The notes beneath the pieces were generated by a model. That model searched no databases, was not told the origin of the DNA, and saw only the letters and a list, made by a program, of their open reading frames with translations. This document shows positions 11,590 through 22,860 of a DNA stretch of 64,000 nt, in pieces. The first letter of the stretch is position 1, and every line of letters begins with the position of its first letter. A program made the translations under genes and the position numbers. Origin of the DNA: an uncultured Gammaproteobacteria bacterium (GTDB lineage Bacteria; Patescibacteriota; Microgenomatia; Levybacterales; UBA12049). Location of the stretch: the NCBI GenBank assembly GCA_964521295.1, contig CAZFRF010000001.1, forward strand, positions 398,146 through 462,145, written 5' to 3'.

Positions 11590-12292
11590 ATTTTAGGTTG
11601 AGTTCTTTCCAGAGATATAAACTTTCCTTAACTGCTCTAAGTATTACCCTAATATTACCGCCACTTTGGTCGCCAAAAATTCTAGGGTAGTGATTAACCT
11701 CAACCTGACTAATTTTTAAATGGTTTTTTTTGAGCTTCGCAAGGATCTCTGTTGTTATCATTGCACCCTCAGATTTAAGGGGTAAAATTTTTTCAACTGC
11801 TTCTTTCTTAAAAAGCTTGAATCCACAATCAATATCTTTAAAGTAGAAATTAAAGAAAATCAGATCCCAAATTTTTAACATATTCATTAAAATATGCCTA
11901 AAAGGATTATCTAATCTCTTTTTTCTAAACCCAATTACAACATCTGAGTTATCAATTTTTTCCATAAAGCGATCTATTTCAGCAAAGTCAAACTGACCAT
12001 CTCCATCATTGAAAACGATATATTTATACTTTGCAGTCTCAAATCCGGTTTTTAACGCTGCCCCATAACCTCTATTTTTCTTATGTGAAACTGAAACCAA
12101 CCTTTTATCTTTTTTTGATAATTGTTGCATTTTTTCCAATGTGGAATCTGAGGAGCCATCATCAACCATTATTATCTCCCATTTATCAGCTATCTTACTA
12201 ATCACTGGAATAGCTTTCTCAACAGTAGCTACAACATTTTGCTCTTCATTCCAGAAAGGGAAAAATAAACTCAGTTCGTCAAATTTTTTCAT
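11576..12292 (-). CDS. GT2, Dpm1/GtrB-like polyprenyl-phosphate glycosyltransferase
   Basis: IIMVDDGSSDST...RGYGAALKTGF...FNDGDGQ motifs, typical of dolichol/undecaprenyl-phosphate sugar synthases. Confidence 0.7.
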   Translation of the reverse strand: MKKFDELSLFFPFWNEEQNVVATVEKAIPVISKIADKWEIIMVDDGSSDSTLEKMQQLSKKDKRLVSVSHKKNRGYGAALKTGFETAKYKYIVFNDGDGQFDFAEIDRFMEKIDNSDVVIGFRKKRLDNPFRHILMNMLKIWDLIFFNFYFKDIDCGFKLFKKEAVEKILPLKSEGAMITTEILAKLKKNHLKISQVEVNHYPRIFGDQSGGNIRVILRAVKESLYLWKELNLKYGRN

Positions 12293-13961
12293 CTTTAAAC
12301 CTAAAATAGATTATACCAACAATAAGTAGTATTAATCCAGATAGAGACATTATACTAGAAATTAATTCAATTTGCGTTTGTTTAAAATTAAAGACTATCT
12401 CATGATTACCTTTTTCTAAATTTAAGTCCATACCTCTTCTTGATTCACTAATACTCACTTCTTTGCCGTCTACATACGCTCTCCATGCAGGAAAATAGGC
12501 TATCGGAAATGTTACTCTTGCGTCTTTATCTACTACAACTTCAAGTCTAATATAACCGGTTTTCTTAGTAACAGAATTAGCTCTCAGGTTTTTTATGCTC
12601 CTAAGGTTTGCTATTTGATCAGAGGATGCTGGTAGTATAAATTTCTTTGGCATATATTCTTTCGATATTTTGGAAATTTCCCACTCAATATTTTTAATCG
12701 CAGTGTAATCCAAGGCTGTTTTATAATTAATGAATTGAGGCTGGAAAAATTTTAAATTTAATATTATTACCGCACCACAAATCAGAATTGAGATTAAATA
12801 ATAATTATTATTCTTTAAAAATTTTGAAATTAACCATAACAAAGAAGAAGAAATAAATGCTAAAAAGAAAGTTGTAATTATTAAAAATCTCCATGGATAT
12901 TGAAAGTATTCCATAGGCTTTAGTAAAGCCCAGAAAGAACTAGAAATTTCTAACATAAAAAACACGGAGGCTAAAGTAAATAAACTAAAGAGTAAAATTA
13001 TACTTATTTTCCCAAAATCTCTTATTCCATCCAACTTTCTTAATACCCCCAATACTAAAAGTAAAATTATACTTAATAATGGGAATATAATATGAAGCTT
13101 TCCAACCATATAAGAAATCCCATCGTAACAACCCTTGACAGATCCACCAAACCCCCAGTGACTTGACCAAAGTTGACTCAAGCAAACAAAATGATCCTTA
13201 TAATCTGCTCCACCACCAACCTGAGAAATTACGTTTGTATAATTAATTTCTATTAGTGCTGGTATAAAATAAAATGCTGAAATTAGGAGTCCAAAAGAAA
13301 AAGCTAAGATAAAATTTACAAGCGTTTGCTTCTTAATAATAATTAGATACAAAGAAAACAAAATCGCAAAAGGAAAAATCATTAGTGCAGTTAAATTATG
13401 TGAAAGCGTAACACCAGCCAATGCTAATGCTGGAATTAATACACTAGAGAATTTATTATCCAAATACAACTTATATAAACCATAAAAAAGTAAAGGAATA
13501 AATGCATACGCATAAAACTCCGTTACGTCTCCCCTAACATAAATATCAACGGCATGATATGGTGCATACAAATAAAGTATTGCAGCTAAAATTCCAGGAA
13601 ACTTACCAAAAACTTCTTTAGCAAACATATACATAAACACTCCTGATATCGATACGCCTAACATCATCATTAATTTAGTCGCCAACAAAGCATCTAACCC
13701 TAATAAACTAAATCCAGCTCCAACATAATAAGAAAGCGGAGCATAATAATTAAATATCGGATACCCAAAACCGAAACCCAAATCTTTTGTCCATCTAACT
13801 GGAAACTGTTGATCTTTTAATGCCTGTGTCATTTGAAATACTCTTGTAGGTTGAGTATCATCATGCATAGTAAAAAATCCTGTATTTAGTAAGGGTAGGA
13901 GTATTAAAATTGAAAACAGTAATATCAATAATAAAGGTGTAACTTTATTTAAAATTTTCAT
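12279..13961 (-). CDS. polytopic membrane protein, putative GT-C glycosyltransferase (YfhO-like C-terminal domain)
   Basis: N-terminal NTGFFTMHDD motif, more than 10 TM helices, C-terminal FPAWRAYVDGKEV similar to the YfhO C-terminus. It is a paralog of the next gene. Confidence 0.45.
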   Translation of the reverse strand: MKILNKVTPLLLILLFSILILLPLLNTGFFTMHDDTQPTRVFQMTQALKDQQFPVRWTKDLGFGFGYPIFNYYAPLSYYVGAGFSLLGLDALLATKLMMMLGVSISGVFMYMFAKEVFGKFPGILAAILYLYAPYHAVDIYVRGDVTEFYAYAFIPLLFYGLYKLYLDNKFSSVLIPALALAGVTLSHNLTALMIFPFAILFSLYLIIIKKQTLVNFILAFSFGLLISAFYFIPALIEINYTNVISQVGGGADYKDHFVCLSQLWSSHWGFGGSVKGCYDGISYMVGKLHIIFPLLSIILLLVLGVLRKLDGIRDFGKISIILLFSLFTLASVFFMLEISSSFWALLKPMEYFQYPWRFLIITTFFLAFISSSLLWLISKFLKNNNYYLISILICGAVIILNLKFFQPQFINYKTALDYTAIKNIEWEISKISKEYMPKKFILPASSDQIANLRSIKNLRANSVTKKTGYIRLEVVVDKDARVTFPIAYFPAWRAYVDGKEVSISESRRGMDLNLEKGNHEIVFNFKQTQIELISSIMSLSGLILLIVGIIYFRFKDEKI

Positions 13962-15514
13962 TTTATAAAATTATATCTTTTTATTATAAATAATAAATAA
14001 ACTAATAATAAACCTCCGCTTATAAAAGAGATTAAATTTGCAATAATCCTAAGCATTGTTTCCTTAAAACTAACGACAACATAATTTTCCCCAGGATCTA
14101 AATTTAAAATTATAAGTCCATTACCATCTAGATAACTTATTTCTGTATTCCTACCATTTATCACTGCTTCCCAACCAGGAAAATAAATTGTATTAACTCT
14201 AATTTTTGCTACTTTCTCGTTAATAATTTTAAAAATTATTTGATTGGGTTTATTCTTTAATATCTCTACTTGCTCTTTAGTGGAAATATTTTCAACTTTT
14301 TGTGGATTATAATTCCCTAAATTTCTTACCCATATTGGCATATACTCATTCTTAACAGTTGTCGTATCTTGATTTGTTGAATAAAACGAATCAGGATAGT
14401 TTTGATAAGTTGTTACGTTTATAAACGGAATTGCCGAAAGAATGAATATTCCAGAAATTAAAATAGCTAAAATAATCTGAATATTTTTCTTAAACTGGCT
14501 TACGATAAACGCTGCTAAAAACGCTATGGAAATAATTAAGATAGACAAAATCCTAAAGGGAAATTGAATAAACGAAACAGGAAGAAAACTCCACAGGAGA
14601 TTACTAACCGGCAGGGATATAAAAATTGCAATAATTGATAAACATATAAAAAATAATACTGATTTATTTCCTAAAATCTTAATTTTTCTTTTTACATATA
14701 ACAAAATTGCAGTAAATATTATTGCAATACTAAAAATGCCTATTAGATTAATGTCTGCAAAATAATTTCCATAATCAGAAATTTTAATGCTAGAAAAAAC
14801 AGTATATTGTAAATCAAAAACTGCAGGTATCCAGAAAAAACTAGATAGACCAAGTCCCAATACAGCACTAAAAATATATTTACTCAATACTTTATAAGAA
14901 TCTTTAACGCTAATATTTTCAATTAGCGTATAAGGAATGATGACAAGAAGAAATAGTATCGCTAATGTATTATGAGCTAAAATTAATAAACTAACTCCGA
15001 TTGAAATCCCTAGAATACTTTTTCTCTTTATTTGCCATAGCAAAAATGGAAACACTGCTAATGCTAAAACTTCCCCAACTGATCCTCTTTTGTAAACATC
15101 ATACATGTGGTAAGGAAAATAGATATAAACAATTGATCCCACCAAAGCAGAAATAGAATCAAAATATTTTTTTAACCAATAAAATGCAAATACACCCGAC
15201 AAAACTATACTCAAGATAAGAATAATTTTTATCGTTTCAACTAAGCCCACACCCATCAAATGAATGGGGCTTCCTAGATACATAAATAAAGGATATAAAA
15301 AATTAGCAACAGGATAGCCATAACCATTATTTAGTTGACCTAGAAATCTAACTGGAAATTCTCCAGCACTAAGAGCACTATAAAAAGCTGAAAACCTAAT
15401 AATCATCCAATTGCCGTCATCGGTTAGAGGAAAACCTGAATTTAGTAAATTAAATATTGCGGGTATACTACTTAAGATAATAAAAAGGATAATAAAAAAA
15501 TTTTTTTTAATCAT
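13958..15514 (-). CDS. polytopic membrane protein, putative GT-C glycosyltransferase (paralog of 12279-13961)
   Basis: NSGFPLTDDGNWMI motif, many TM helices, C-terminal FPGWEAVINGRNTEI. Confidence 0.45.
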   Translation of the reverse strand: MIKKNFFIILFIILSSIPAIFNLLNSGFPLTDDGNWMIIRFSAFYSALSAGEFPVRFLGQLNNGYGYPVANFLYPLFMYLGSPIHLMGVGLVETIKIILILSIVLSGVFAFYWLKKYFDSISALVGSIVYIYFPYHMYDVYKRGSVGEVLALAVFPFLLWQIKRKSILGISIGVSLLILAHNTLAILFLLVIIPYTLIENISVKDSYKVLSKYIFSAVLGLGLSSFFWIPAVFDLQYTVFSSIKISDYGNYFADINLIGIFSIAIIFTAILLYVKRKIKILGNKSVLFFICLSIIAIFISLPVSNLLWSFLPVSFIQFPFRILSILIISIAFLAAFIVSQFKKNIQIILAILISGIFILSAIPFINVTTYQNYPDSFYSTNQDTTTVKNEYMPIWVRNLGNYNPQKVENISTKEQVEILKNKPNQIIFKIINEKVAKIRVNTIYFPGWEAVINGRNTEISYLDGNGLIILNLDPGENYVVVSFKETMLRIIANLISFISGGLLLVYLLFIIKRYNFIK

Positions 15515-15620
15515 TAAAAATCAGAAGTTTAAGCATAGTTTACAGTAATAACTAAGTTTATTCAAATAAATAGTCTGATACTTTATTTTGGGGTTAATTT
15601 AATATACTATTAAGCTAATA

Positions 15621-17288
15621 ATGAATTTATTAAATTTTATTAAAGCTAATTTAGTTTTAATCTTAATCTTTATTGCCGCACTTTTTCTAAGAACATATCA
15701 GCTCGGAGATTTTCCAGTTGGACTGCATGGAGATGAAGCCAGTATTGGATATAACGCATACTCAATTTATCAAACTCATAAGGATCAAGATGGTAAAAAT
15801 TCTTTAGCAATTGATCAATTTGGAGATTTTAGACCAGCTGGATACCATTATATAGATGCTCCTTTTATTGGTCTAGGGGTAAATGAAACAGCAGTAAGGC
15901 TTCCGGCAGCACTATTTGGAACTTTAAATGTTCTGTTAGTTTACTTCTTGGTTAATCTTATTTTTAAAAGAAAACAAATCGCACTCTTAAGCGCAGGCTT
16001 ATTGGCTATACTTCCCTGGGATATTAATATTTCCAGGGCAACTTCAGAGAGTATAATTGCCGCATTTTTCGTAACCTTAGGCGTTATTCTACTTTTACTT
16101 GGAATTGAAAAGAAAGGGAAGAGTTTTATCTTGTTTTTGCTCAGCACCATTTTTGTTCTAACCAGTTTTCTCTTTTATCATGCCGCAAGATATTTTACAA
16201 TTTTAATTATTCCTTCGATAACACTAATAACTTTTTTAAATAATAGAAAAAAAGCAATTGCACCCTTAATAATTACCGTCTGTGTATTTATAGGTTTAGT
16301 CTTTTTCCTTAGCGTTGGCAAAGGAACGGGAAGAGTTTCGGAAGTAAGTTTACTTTCAATTCCTGGTGGAACTACAGCTTTAAAACACGCAATGGATCAA
16401 GAAGGAACGGCTAATCCACTGATCACACGTTTCTATAGTAATAAACTACTTTATTACGGAAGATTTTTCATTACTTTTTACTCTCAACATCTTTCCGGAG
16501 ATTTCTTATTTGTTAATACTGGTCTGCCAATCAGATATTTCATACCGCAAACCGGAAATCTTTACCTAGTACAGGCACCCTTTCTTATCTTAGGCCTAGC
16601 ATTTTTAATCTATGAAGGATTAAAAAATAAAAAATATAATTATTTAATTCCAATTATTTGGTTATTTTTAGCACCAATCCCAGCAGGGCTTACCTGGGAA
16701 GATTTACCAAATGTACAACGATCAATGTTTATGATTATCCCACTGGTTATTATTTCTGCATTTGGATTCTATGAATTAATTAACATGTTGAACAAAAAAA
16801 TTAAGTATCCAGTTATTATTTTCTGTGCTCTACTACTTACATATGGATTCTTAATTTTTTACCACAATTATTTTTGGAGAATGAAAATTGAAGAGCCATG
16901 GCACAGAGGCTATGCGGCCAAAGAACTGGTCGTAACAATTCAAATTATTACTGAACAAAATCCTAAAGCCAAATTTATTATGACAGCTCAAAATTACAAT
17001 AACTTCATATTTTATCTATTCTTCTCAAAATTTGATCCAAAAAGGTTTCAAGAATTAGGTTCACCAAAAGAACATGATGGCTTACAATTTGAAAACTTAA
17101 CATATCTAAATGATGGTTGTCCGTTAAAAGAGAACATGGGAGATACGCAAATGAAAGACCCCAATCTATACTTTGTTAATAAACCCGATTGCCCACTACC
17201 AAGTAGTGCTGAAATTTTGAATGTTATAAGAACTTCAGACGGAATACCTGCATTAAATGTAATTAAGATCCGACAAAATGAGAAGTAA
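15621..17288 (+). CDS. GT39/PMT_2 (ArnT-like) polyprenyl-phosphate-dependent glycosyltransferase
   Basis: N-terminal LRTYQLGDFPVGLHGDEASIGYNAYSI (DE motif in the first periplasmic loop) with a polytopic body. Confidence 0.65.
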   Translation: MNLLNFIKANLVLILIFIAALFLRTYQLGDFPVGLHGDEASIGYNAYSIYQTHKDQDGKNSLAIDQFGDFRPAGYHYIDAPFIGLGVNETAVRLPAALFGTLNVLLVYFLVNLIFKRKQIALLSAGLLAILPWDINISRATSESIIAAFFVTLGVILLLLGIEKKGKSFILFLLSTIFVLTSFLFYHAARYFTILIIPSITLITFLNNRKKAIAPLIITVCVFIGLVFFLSVGKGTGRVSEVSLLSIPGGTTALKHAMDQEGTANPLITRFYSNKLLYYGRFFITFYSQHLSGDFLFVNTGLPIRYFIPQTGNLYLVQAPFLILGLAFLIYEGLKNKKYNYLIPIIWLFLAPIPAGLTWEDLPNVQRSMFMIIPLVIISAFGFYELINMLNKKIKYPVIIFCALLLTYGFLIFYHNYFWRMKIEEPWHRGYAAKELVVTIQIITEQNPKAKFIMTAQNYNNFIFYLFFSKFDPKRFQELGSPKEHDGLQFENLTYLNDGCPLKENMGDTQMKDPNLYFVNKPDCPLPSSAEILNVIRTSDGIPALNVIKIRQNEK

Positions 17289-19626
17289 TTGGATAAAATC
17301 TCCACTTTTTATCTTTACAATAATTGTTTTATTATTCTTTTTTAAATTTTTTATCCTAGGCAAAATACCTCTAGCTGCTGATCTTTTAATCTCAGAATAT
17401 AATCCCTGGAAACAATATTCATTCTTAGGCTACAACCCCGGAACCTTCCCCTCTAAATTTCAATACGGAGATGTAATTCATCAACTATATCCTTGGAAAA
17501 CTTTTACAATTGAGTCTTTTAAAAATTTAACCACTCCCCTTTGGAATCCCTACAACTTTTCTGGACATCCATTCCTGGCAGATATTCAGTCAGCAGTATT
17601 TCAACCTCTGAATCTTTTATATTTAATCCTCTCTCAACCCTTCGCATGGGGACTAACAATTGCCCTACAGCCCTTCATAGCCTTAATGGGAACATATCTA
17701 TTTGGAAGAAAAATTGGCTTAAAAAAAGAAGCTGCGATTTTTTCCTCTATTGCCTACGCCTTTTCATTATATATGACGACTTTCCTTGAGTACAATACAA
17801 TGGGTCATGTAATCGCAATCTTACCACTCATTTTATATGGAATTGAATTAATACTTCTAAAAAATAAATTTATAGGAATTTTAATATTTTCTTTATCAAT
17901 TGTTTATGCAATTTTTGCTGGACATATTCAACTTGCGGGCTTTAATATTCTCTTTGCAATTATTTATGCTTTATTTAGATTAAGTACTACAAAAGATAAG
18001 CTTAAGCACAGTCTACTTCTTTTTATCTCATTTACTATTTCTTTACTAATTGCATCTATTCAGTTATTACCCACGCTAGAACTACTTAGCTTAGCTGCAA
18101 GAATGAATCAGAATTACCAATTCTTAATCGAAAAGTTATTACTACAACCTTTCCAATCAATATTGTTTTTCTCACCTGATTTTTTTGGAAATCCAGCAAC
18201 TGGCAACTATAGAATAGCTGATTCATATCCTGGAAATTCTATTTATATAGGCTTAGCTACTGTTATTCTTGCGATCAGTTCAATAATATTAATTAAAAAA
18301 AATAATTTTATTAAATTTTTTATATTTATGTCTTGCCTATTTATCCTTCTATTTTTTAGAAATCCACTATCAGAAATGTTTTTCAAAATTAATATACCTT
18401 TTTTCTCAACAGGTTCTCCAACTAATGCTATTTACCTTTTAAGTTTTTGCCTTTCCCTTTTGGCAGGATTTGGAATTGAAAATTTAAAAAACAAAAATAA
18501 ATTACTGCTCTTTCTCTCTTTAATTATTATTTGCTTTCTGGGTATAAATAGTTTTATTTTTAAAGATTTAGTTAACAGTAAAAACTTAATATTATCTTTA
18601 CTCTTGTCATTTGCAATATTAACAATTTTAATAGTAAATAATTTTAATAAAGTAAAACACACAATTATAATCACTATTTTTACAATAATTACAGTTATTG
18701 ATCTTTTCTTTTATTTCCAAAAATTTAACTCATTTGTCCCTAAAGAGATTATTTTCCCAGACACAAAAATATTCAGTTATATCCAACAGAATTCTGGAAT
18801 TAATAGGATTTGGGGGTATAAAGATGCAAATCTAGAGCCCAATTTTAATACTCAATATAAAATTTTTTCAGCTGAAGGAACAGATCCTCTTTATCCTAAA
18901 TCATATGGAGAGATTATTAAAGCTTCTTATAAGGGAGATGTTAATGTAGATTTTTCTAATCAAACAAGATCTGATGCAATAATTTCTCAACATAATTTTG
19001 GTTTTACAAATCCTTTCCGAAGTAAAATACTCCAACTTACAGGAACAAAATATATTCTGGATATAAAAAATAGCACACAAGATAATTTCCCAATAGATGA
19101 ATATAACATTATCTACGAAGAAGCTCTCTGGAGAGTGTTAAAAGATTCAAAAGCAGCAGAAAGAATTTTTTTTGCAAAAAAATTAAATTATTATTCTAAT
19201 TCAGAAGAGTTTGCTAATAAATTCTTCAACTCAAACTTTAATGTTCAACAAGATATATTAATTGAAAACAATTCATATCCTAAAAATTATTTAGATAAAA
19301 TTGACAATAATCCAAAATATAAATTGATCGAATATTCACCAAACCAAATTATTATCAATACTCAAAGTAAAACTAAACAAATCTTATTTATTTCTGATAC
19401 CTATTATCCAGGCTGGAAAGCTACAGTTGATAATCAGGAAACTAAAATCGTAAAAACCAATTTTGCATTTAGATCTGTTGCCATTCCCCAAGGACAGCAT
19501 ACCGTAAAAATGATTTATAATCCAAATTCATTTAGAAATGGGTTTTATCTAACAATACTAGGATTTGCAGGTCTAGTTATTTTATGTATACTTTACTTTA
19601 GGAATGAATATTTTAAAAAGGACTAA
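17278..19626 (+). CDS. YfhO-family polytopic membrane protein (GT-C fold)
   Basis: WNPYNFSGHPFLADIQSAVFQPLN and C-terminal YYPGWKATVDNQETKIV motifs. Confidence 0.7.
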   Translation: MRSNWIKSPLFIFTIIVLLFFFKFFILGKIPLAADLLISEYNPWKQYSFLGYNPGTFPSKFQYGDVIHQLYPWKTFTIESFKNLTTPLWNPYNFSGHPFLADIQSAVFQPLNLLYLILSQPFAWGLTIALQPFIALMGTYLFGRKIGLKKEAAIFSSIAYAFSLYMTTFLEYNTMGHVIAILPLILYGIELILLKNKFIGILIFSLSIVYAIFAGHIQLAGFNILFAIIYALFRLSTTKDKLKHSLLLFISFTISLLIASIQLLPTLELLSLAARMNQNYQFLIEKLLLQPFQSILFFSPDFFGNPATGNYRIADSYPGNSIYIGLATVILAISSIILIKKNNFIKFFIFMSCLFILLFFRNPLSEMFFKINIPFFSTGSPTNAIYLLSFCLSLLAGFGIENLKNKNKLLLFLSLIIICFLGINSFIFKDLVNSKNLILSLLLSFAILTILIVNNFNKVKHTIIITIFTIITVIDLFFYFQKFNSFVPKEIIFPDTKIFSYIQQNSGINRIWGYKDANLEPNFNTQYKIFSAEGTDPLYPKSYGEIIKASYKGDVNVDFSNQTRSDAIISQHNFGFTNPFRSKILQLTGTKYILDIKNSTQDNFPIDEYNIIYEEALWRVLKDSKAAERIFFAKKLNYYSNSEEFANKFFNSNFNVQQDILIENNSYPKNYLDKIDNNPKYKLIEYSPNQIIINTQSKTKQILFISDTYYPGWKATVDNQETKIVKTNFAFRSVAIPQGQHTVKMIYNPNSFRNGFYLTILGFAGLVILCILYFRNEYFKKD

Positions 19627-21310
19627 TTTAATCATTATTATTGCTTCAATAATTATCTTAGCAGTAGGATTATTTTTCAGAATTTATAAATTGGATTCAA
19701 TTCCACCCGGTCTTTATCAAGATGAAACAGCAATTGGCTACAACGCCTACTCAATACTTAAAACTGGGGCAGATGAATATGGTAAAAATCTACCTTTATA
19801 CTTTAAATCTTTTGGCGACTATAAACTTCCTGTTTATATCTATTCAACTATACCGTCGATTATAATCTTTGGACTAAATGCTTTTGCTGTCAGATTCCCT
19901 TCTGCCCTATTCGGCTTCTTAACCCTGCCTCTAGTGGGTCTTTTGATGCTTAGATTTACTAAGAATAAATATTTCGCTCTAGTCTCTATGGCTATCTTGT
20001 CGATACTACCTTGGCACCTACACTACAACCGCGCAACCTTTGAAGTAAGCATTTCGCTCTTTTTATTTACTCTAGGAATTTATTTCTTACATAAAGCTTT
20101 TATTGATCAAAAACCAAAAGGTCTATTTTTACTAGGAACTATTTCGTTTATATTGGGTCTTTACACATATAACTTAACCAGACTACTTGCTCCCCTTATC
20201 TATATCTTAGTTTTAGTGTTTTTTAGAAAAAAAATAAGCCAAATAAATAAAGCAGAAATTATTCTAACGTCTGTAACTGGTTTTGTTTTACTAATTCCTG
20301 TTTTACTTACATTTTTTCAAAACGGAGGATCATCATCTGCCTCTGGAACATTAATCTTTTCAAGCGCTGCTGTACAAGCTCCACTTCTTGAATTTAGATC
20401 TTTTTTAGTTAATTCAAATGTACCCTTTATTGGAATGCTTTTTAATAAACTATTCCTAACAAGTTGGCAGTATTTGAATAATATTACAACCTATTTCTCT
20501 GTAGATTTCTTTTTCCTAAAAGGCTCTTTACATGGCAATCACGGAATAGGAAATTTTGGAGAATTCTACATAATACAACTTCCTTTCCTTATCTATGGAA
20601 TAGTTACAATTATTAGAAAAAAACTTGAATGGGGATATTTACTTATTGCCTGGGCAATATTAACTATTTTAACAGCGGCATTAACCAGAGATGTACCACA
20701 TGCTACTAGAAGTTTTTTCCTAATTCTGCCCTGCGTTGGATTTATTACGCTCGGCGTCTTTGAAGCTTTTAATTATCTTAAAACTCAAAAGAAATCACTG
20801 CAGTACTTAGCACTTTTTATTATTATTACCTTATCAACATATAATATAATTTATTACTTTAGTTCTTACTATTTTAGATTTCCTGTTGTGTACGCTAAGG
20901 CTTGGAGTTATTCAGATAAAGAATTAGTTAATTACTTAAAGCCCTTGGTTAATAGCTATGATCAGATTATCATTGATCCTAGCGGCCCAAAATATACATC
21001 CCTACTGTTTTACCTGGAATACTCACCTAAAGATTTTCAAGAAAGCTCTATTAGAGCCCGAGATGATTCGGAAGGATTTAGCGAAGTTAAATCTTTTGGT
21101 AAATTTATTTTTAAAAATATCGACTGGAATAATGATCTAAATTCACTAAATACACTACTAATTGCTAGCGCAGATAAAGTCCCTGGAAATGCCAAGGTAA
21201 TCAAAACATTTACGCTACCACAAAGGCCCGTTGTTATCCCTAAAGGACAGGAAATACTTAGCTTTCCAACAACAGACACAAGCTACGCAATAGTGGAAAC
21301 CGCAAGATAA
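19604..21310 (+). CDS. GT39/PMT_2 (ArnT-like) glycosyltransferase, paralog of 15621-17288
   Basis: FRIYKLDSIPPGLYQDETAIGYNAYSI motif. Confidence 0.65.
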   Translation: MNILKRTNLIIIIASIIILAVGLFFRIYKLDSIPPGLYQDETAIGYNAYSILKTGADEYGKNLPLYFKSFGDYKLPVYIYSTIPSIIIFGLNAFAVRFPSALFGFLTLPLVGLLMLRFTKNKYFALVSMAILSILPWHLHYNRATFEVSISLFLFTLGIYFLHKAFIDQKPKGLFLLGTISFILGLYTYNLTRLLAPLIYILVLVFFRKKISQINKAEIILTSVTGFVLLIPVLLTFFQNGGSSSASGTLIFSSAAVQAPLLEFRSFLVNSNVPFIGMLFNKLFLTSWQYLNNITTYFSVDFFFLKGSLHGNHGIGNFGEFYIIQLPFLIYGIVTIIRKKLEWGYLLIAWAILTILTAALTRDVPHATRSFFLILPCVGFITLGVFEAFNYLKTQKKSLQYLALFIIITLSTYNIIYYFSSYYFRFPVVYAKAWSYSDKELVNYLKPLVNSYDQIIIDPSGPKYTSLLFYLEYSPKDFQESSIRARDDSEGFSEVKSFGKFIFKNIDWNNDLNSLNTLLIASADKVPGNAKVIKTFTLPQRPVVIPKGQEILSFPTTDTSYAIVETAR

Positions 21311-21313
21311 AAC

Positions 21314-22837
21314 TTATTGAGGAATAACTTTATAGAGTTGATAGTAAAAATCTGTATTCCCTTGCCTAACCTGAAAAACCAGTTTTAAAGGATATTTAGG
21401 AACGTTATCTCGATTTGCATCTTGATAAAAAACAAAATATGTTGGCATTTCTTTTGCTTTATCTAAAACTTCCTGAGGAAATTTATCTACAGGCCAATAG
21501 CCTTTAATAGCAATGTTTTTATTGTTCACGAGGTACATTTCAAGCCCGGCCGGCATTAAACCAAAAGTGCCTTCTGTTGCAACGAAAATTTTACCAGATA
21601 GCGCTTGATTCCTAAAATAATCTACGCTTTCTTTTAATCCCCAACCTGCGGCCCAACTATTAATGTATTGATTATTATCTGCCTTAGCTATTCTTGAATT
21701 TACTGGATCAATTGCGAACTGTAAGGAAACAAATCCTGAATAAATTACAAATATTAATACTAAAGAAATAGTTAAAATTACATCAGCTTTTTTAAACTTT
21801 ACTGTTTTTTCAATAAAATCTATTAAGTAATTTAAACCATAAGCGCAAAGTGGCAAAAGCATAACTGTCATAAAAAATATAAAACGAGGGAAAATTACTT
21901 TTCCAAAAAGAGCTAGTGCTAAAAAAGGAAGTAAAAAATAAACAGTTAAGATAATTTTTTCTTTAAAAAATTTAAAGATTGTTAAATAAGCTACTATCAA
22001 AAGCACTAAATAAGGAAGCTTTAAATACTGAACAAACCAACTAGCTAATCCATTGAAATTACCAATGAAAAAAGTAAATGGATGCATTAACCATTCTGAA
22101 AAAGGATAAACAAAAACGGCATTCTTTGCCTGTATCATTTGAAATAAAGGCGATAGTCTTAAAAGATTGTACATTCCATAAGCAATTATTACGGAAAACC
22201 CTAAATATAAAATTGTTTTAACTAATTTCTGAATAGAATTTTTTTCTTTATAATTAATTAAAATAAGAAGAACCGGTAAAAGATAAATATTAAAAAAATT
22301 AGTCGATTTAGTAAGCACTCCTGCTCCGATTAATAGGCCTAAGGTATATGCTAGGTCAAGTCTTAATTTTCTAACTAAAAGTACTGAAAAATACACAGAC
22401 CAGGTAAAAAATGCAGCAACTAAACTATCATACAAGGCCATTCTGTCTAAAACTTGGGCAAATGGGAAAAATACGTATAGAATTGATGATAAGAAAGCAA
22501 TTTTCTTACTCTTAAAAAGTTCAAAAGTCAGAAGCCATAAGCCTATGAGAGTAGCAAATCCCCCAAAAACAGAAACTAATCTCCCAGCTATTAAAGGGTC
22601 AGATACAACTTTTAGGAAAATCATCGCAAACCAAACATACATTGGCTGCTTTCCATCAGTTAAAGAAATAAATCTCCAGGAAGAATCTTGCAGAGCTATT
22701 TGCGACCATCTAATATAAATCGCCTCGTCAGTAAAAAGAGGCATACGATCTAGAAAAAGTAGCCTTAATAAAAAATAAATAATACCAATGCTAAAAAAGA
22801 GTCCTATTTCTTTTTTGTATTTTAAAATTAACTGCAT
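21314..22837 (-). CDS. GT39/PMT_2-like membrane glycosyltransferase
   Basis: MPLFTDEAIYIRWSQ... N-terminal DE motif, polytopic. Confidence 0.5.
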   Translation of the reverse strand: MQLILKYKKEIGLFFSIGIIYFLLRLLFLDRMPLFTDEAIYIRWSQIALQDSSWRFISLTDGKQPMYVWFAMIFLKVVSDPLIAGRLVSVFGGFATLIGLWLLTFELFKSKKIAFLSSILYVFFPFAQVLDRMALYDSLVAAFFTWSVYFSVLLVRKLRLDLAYTLGLLIGAGVLTKSTNFFNIYLLPVLLILINYKEKNSIQKLVKTILYLGFSVIIAYGMYNLLRLSPLFQMIQAKNAVFVYPFSEWLMHPFTFFIGNFNGLASWFVQYLKLPYLVLLIVAYLTIFKFFKEKIILTVYFLLPFLALALFGKVIFPRFIFFMTVMLLPLCAYGLNYLIDFIEKTVKFKKADVILTISLVLIFVIYSGFVSLQFAIDPVNSRIAKADNNQYINSWAAGWGLKESVDYFRNQALSGKIFVATEGTFGLMPAGLEMYLVNNKNIAIKGYWPVDKFPQEVLDKAKEMPTYFVFYQDANRDNVPKYPLKLVFQVRQGNTDFYYQLYKVIPQ

Positions 22838-22860
22838 AAAAAAATTATAGTAAAATCTAC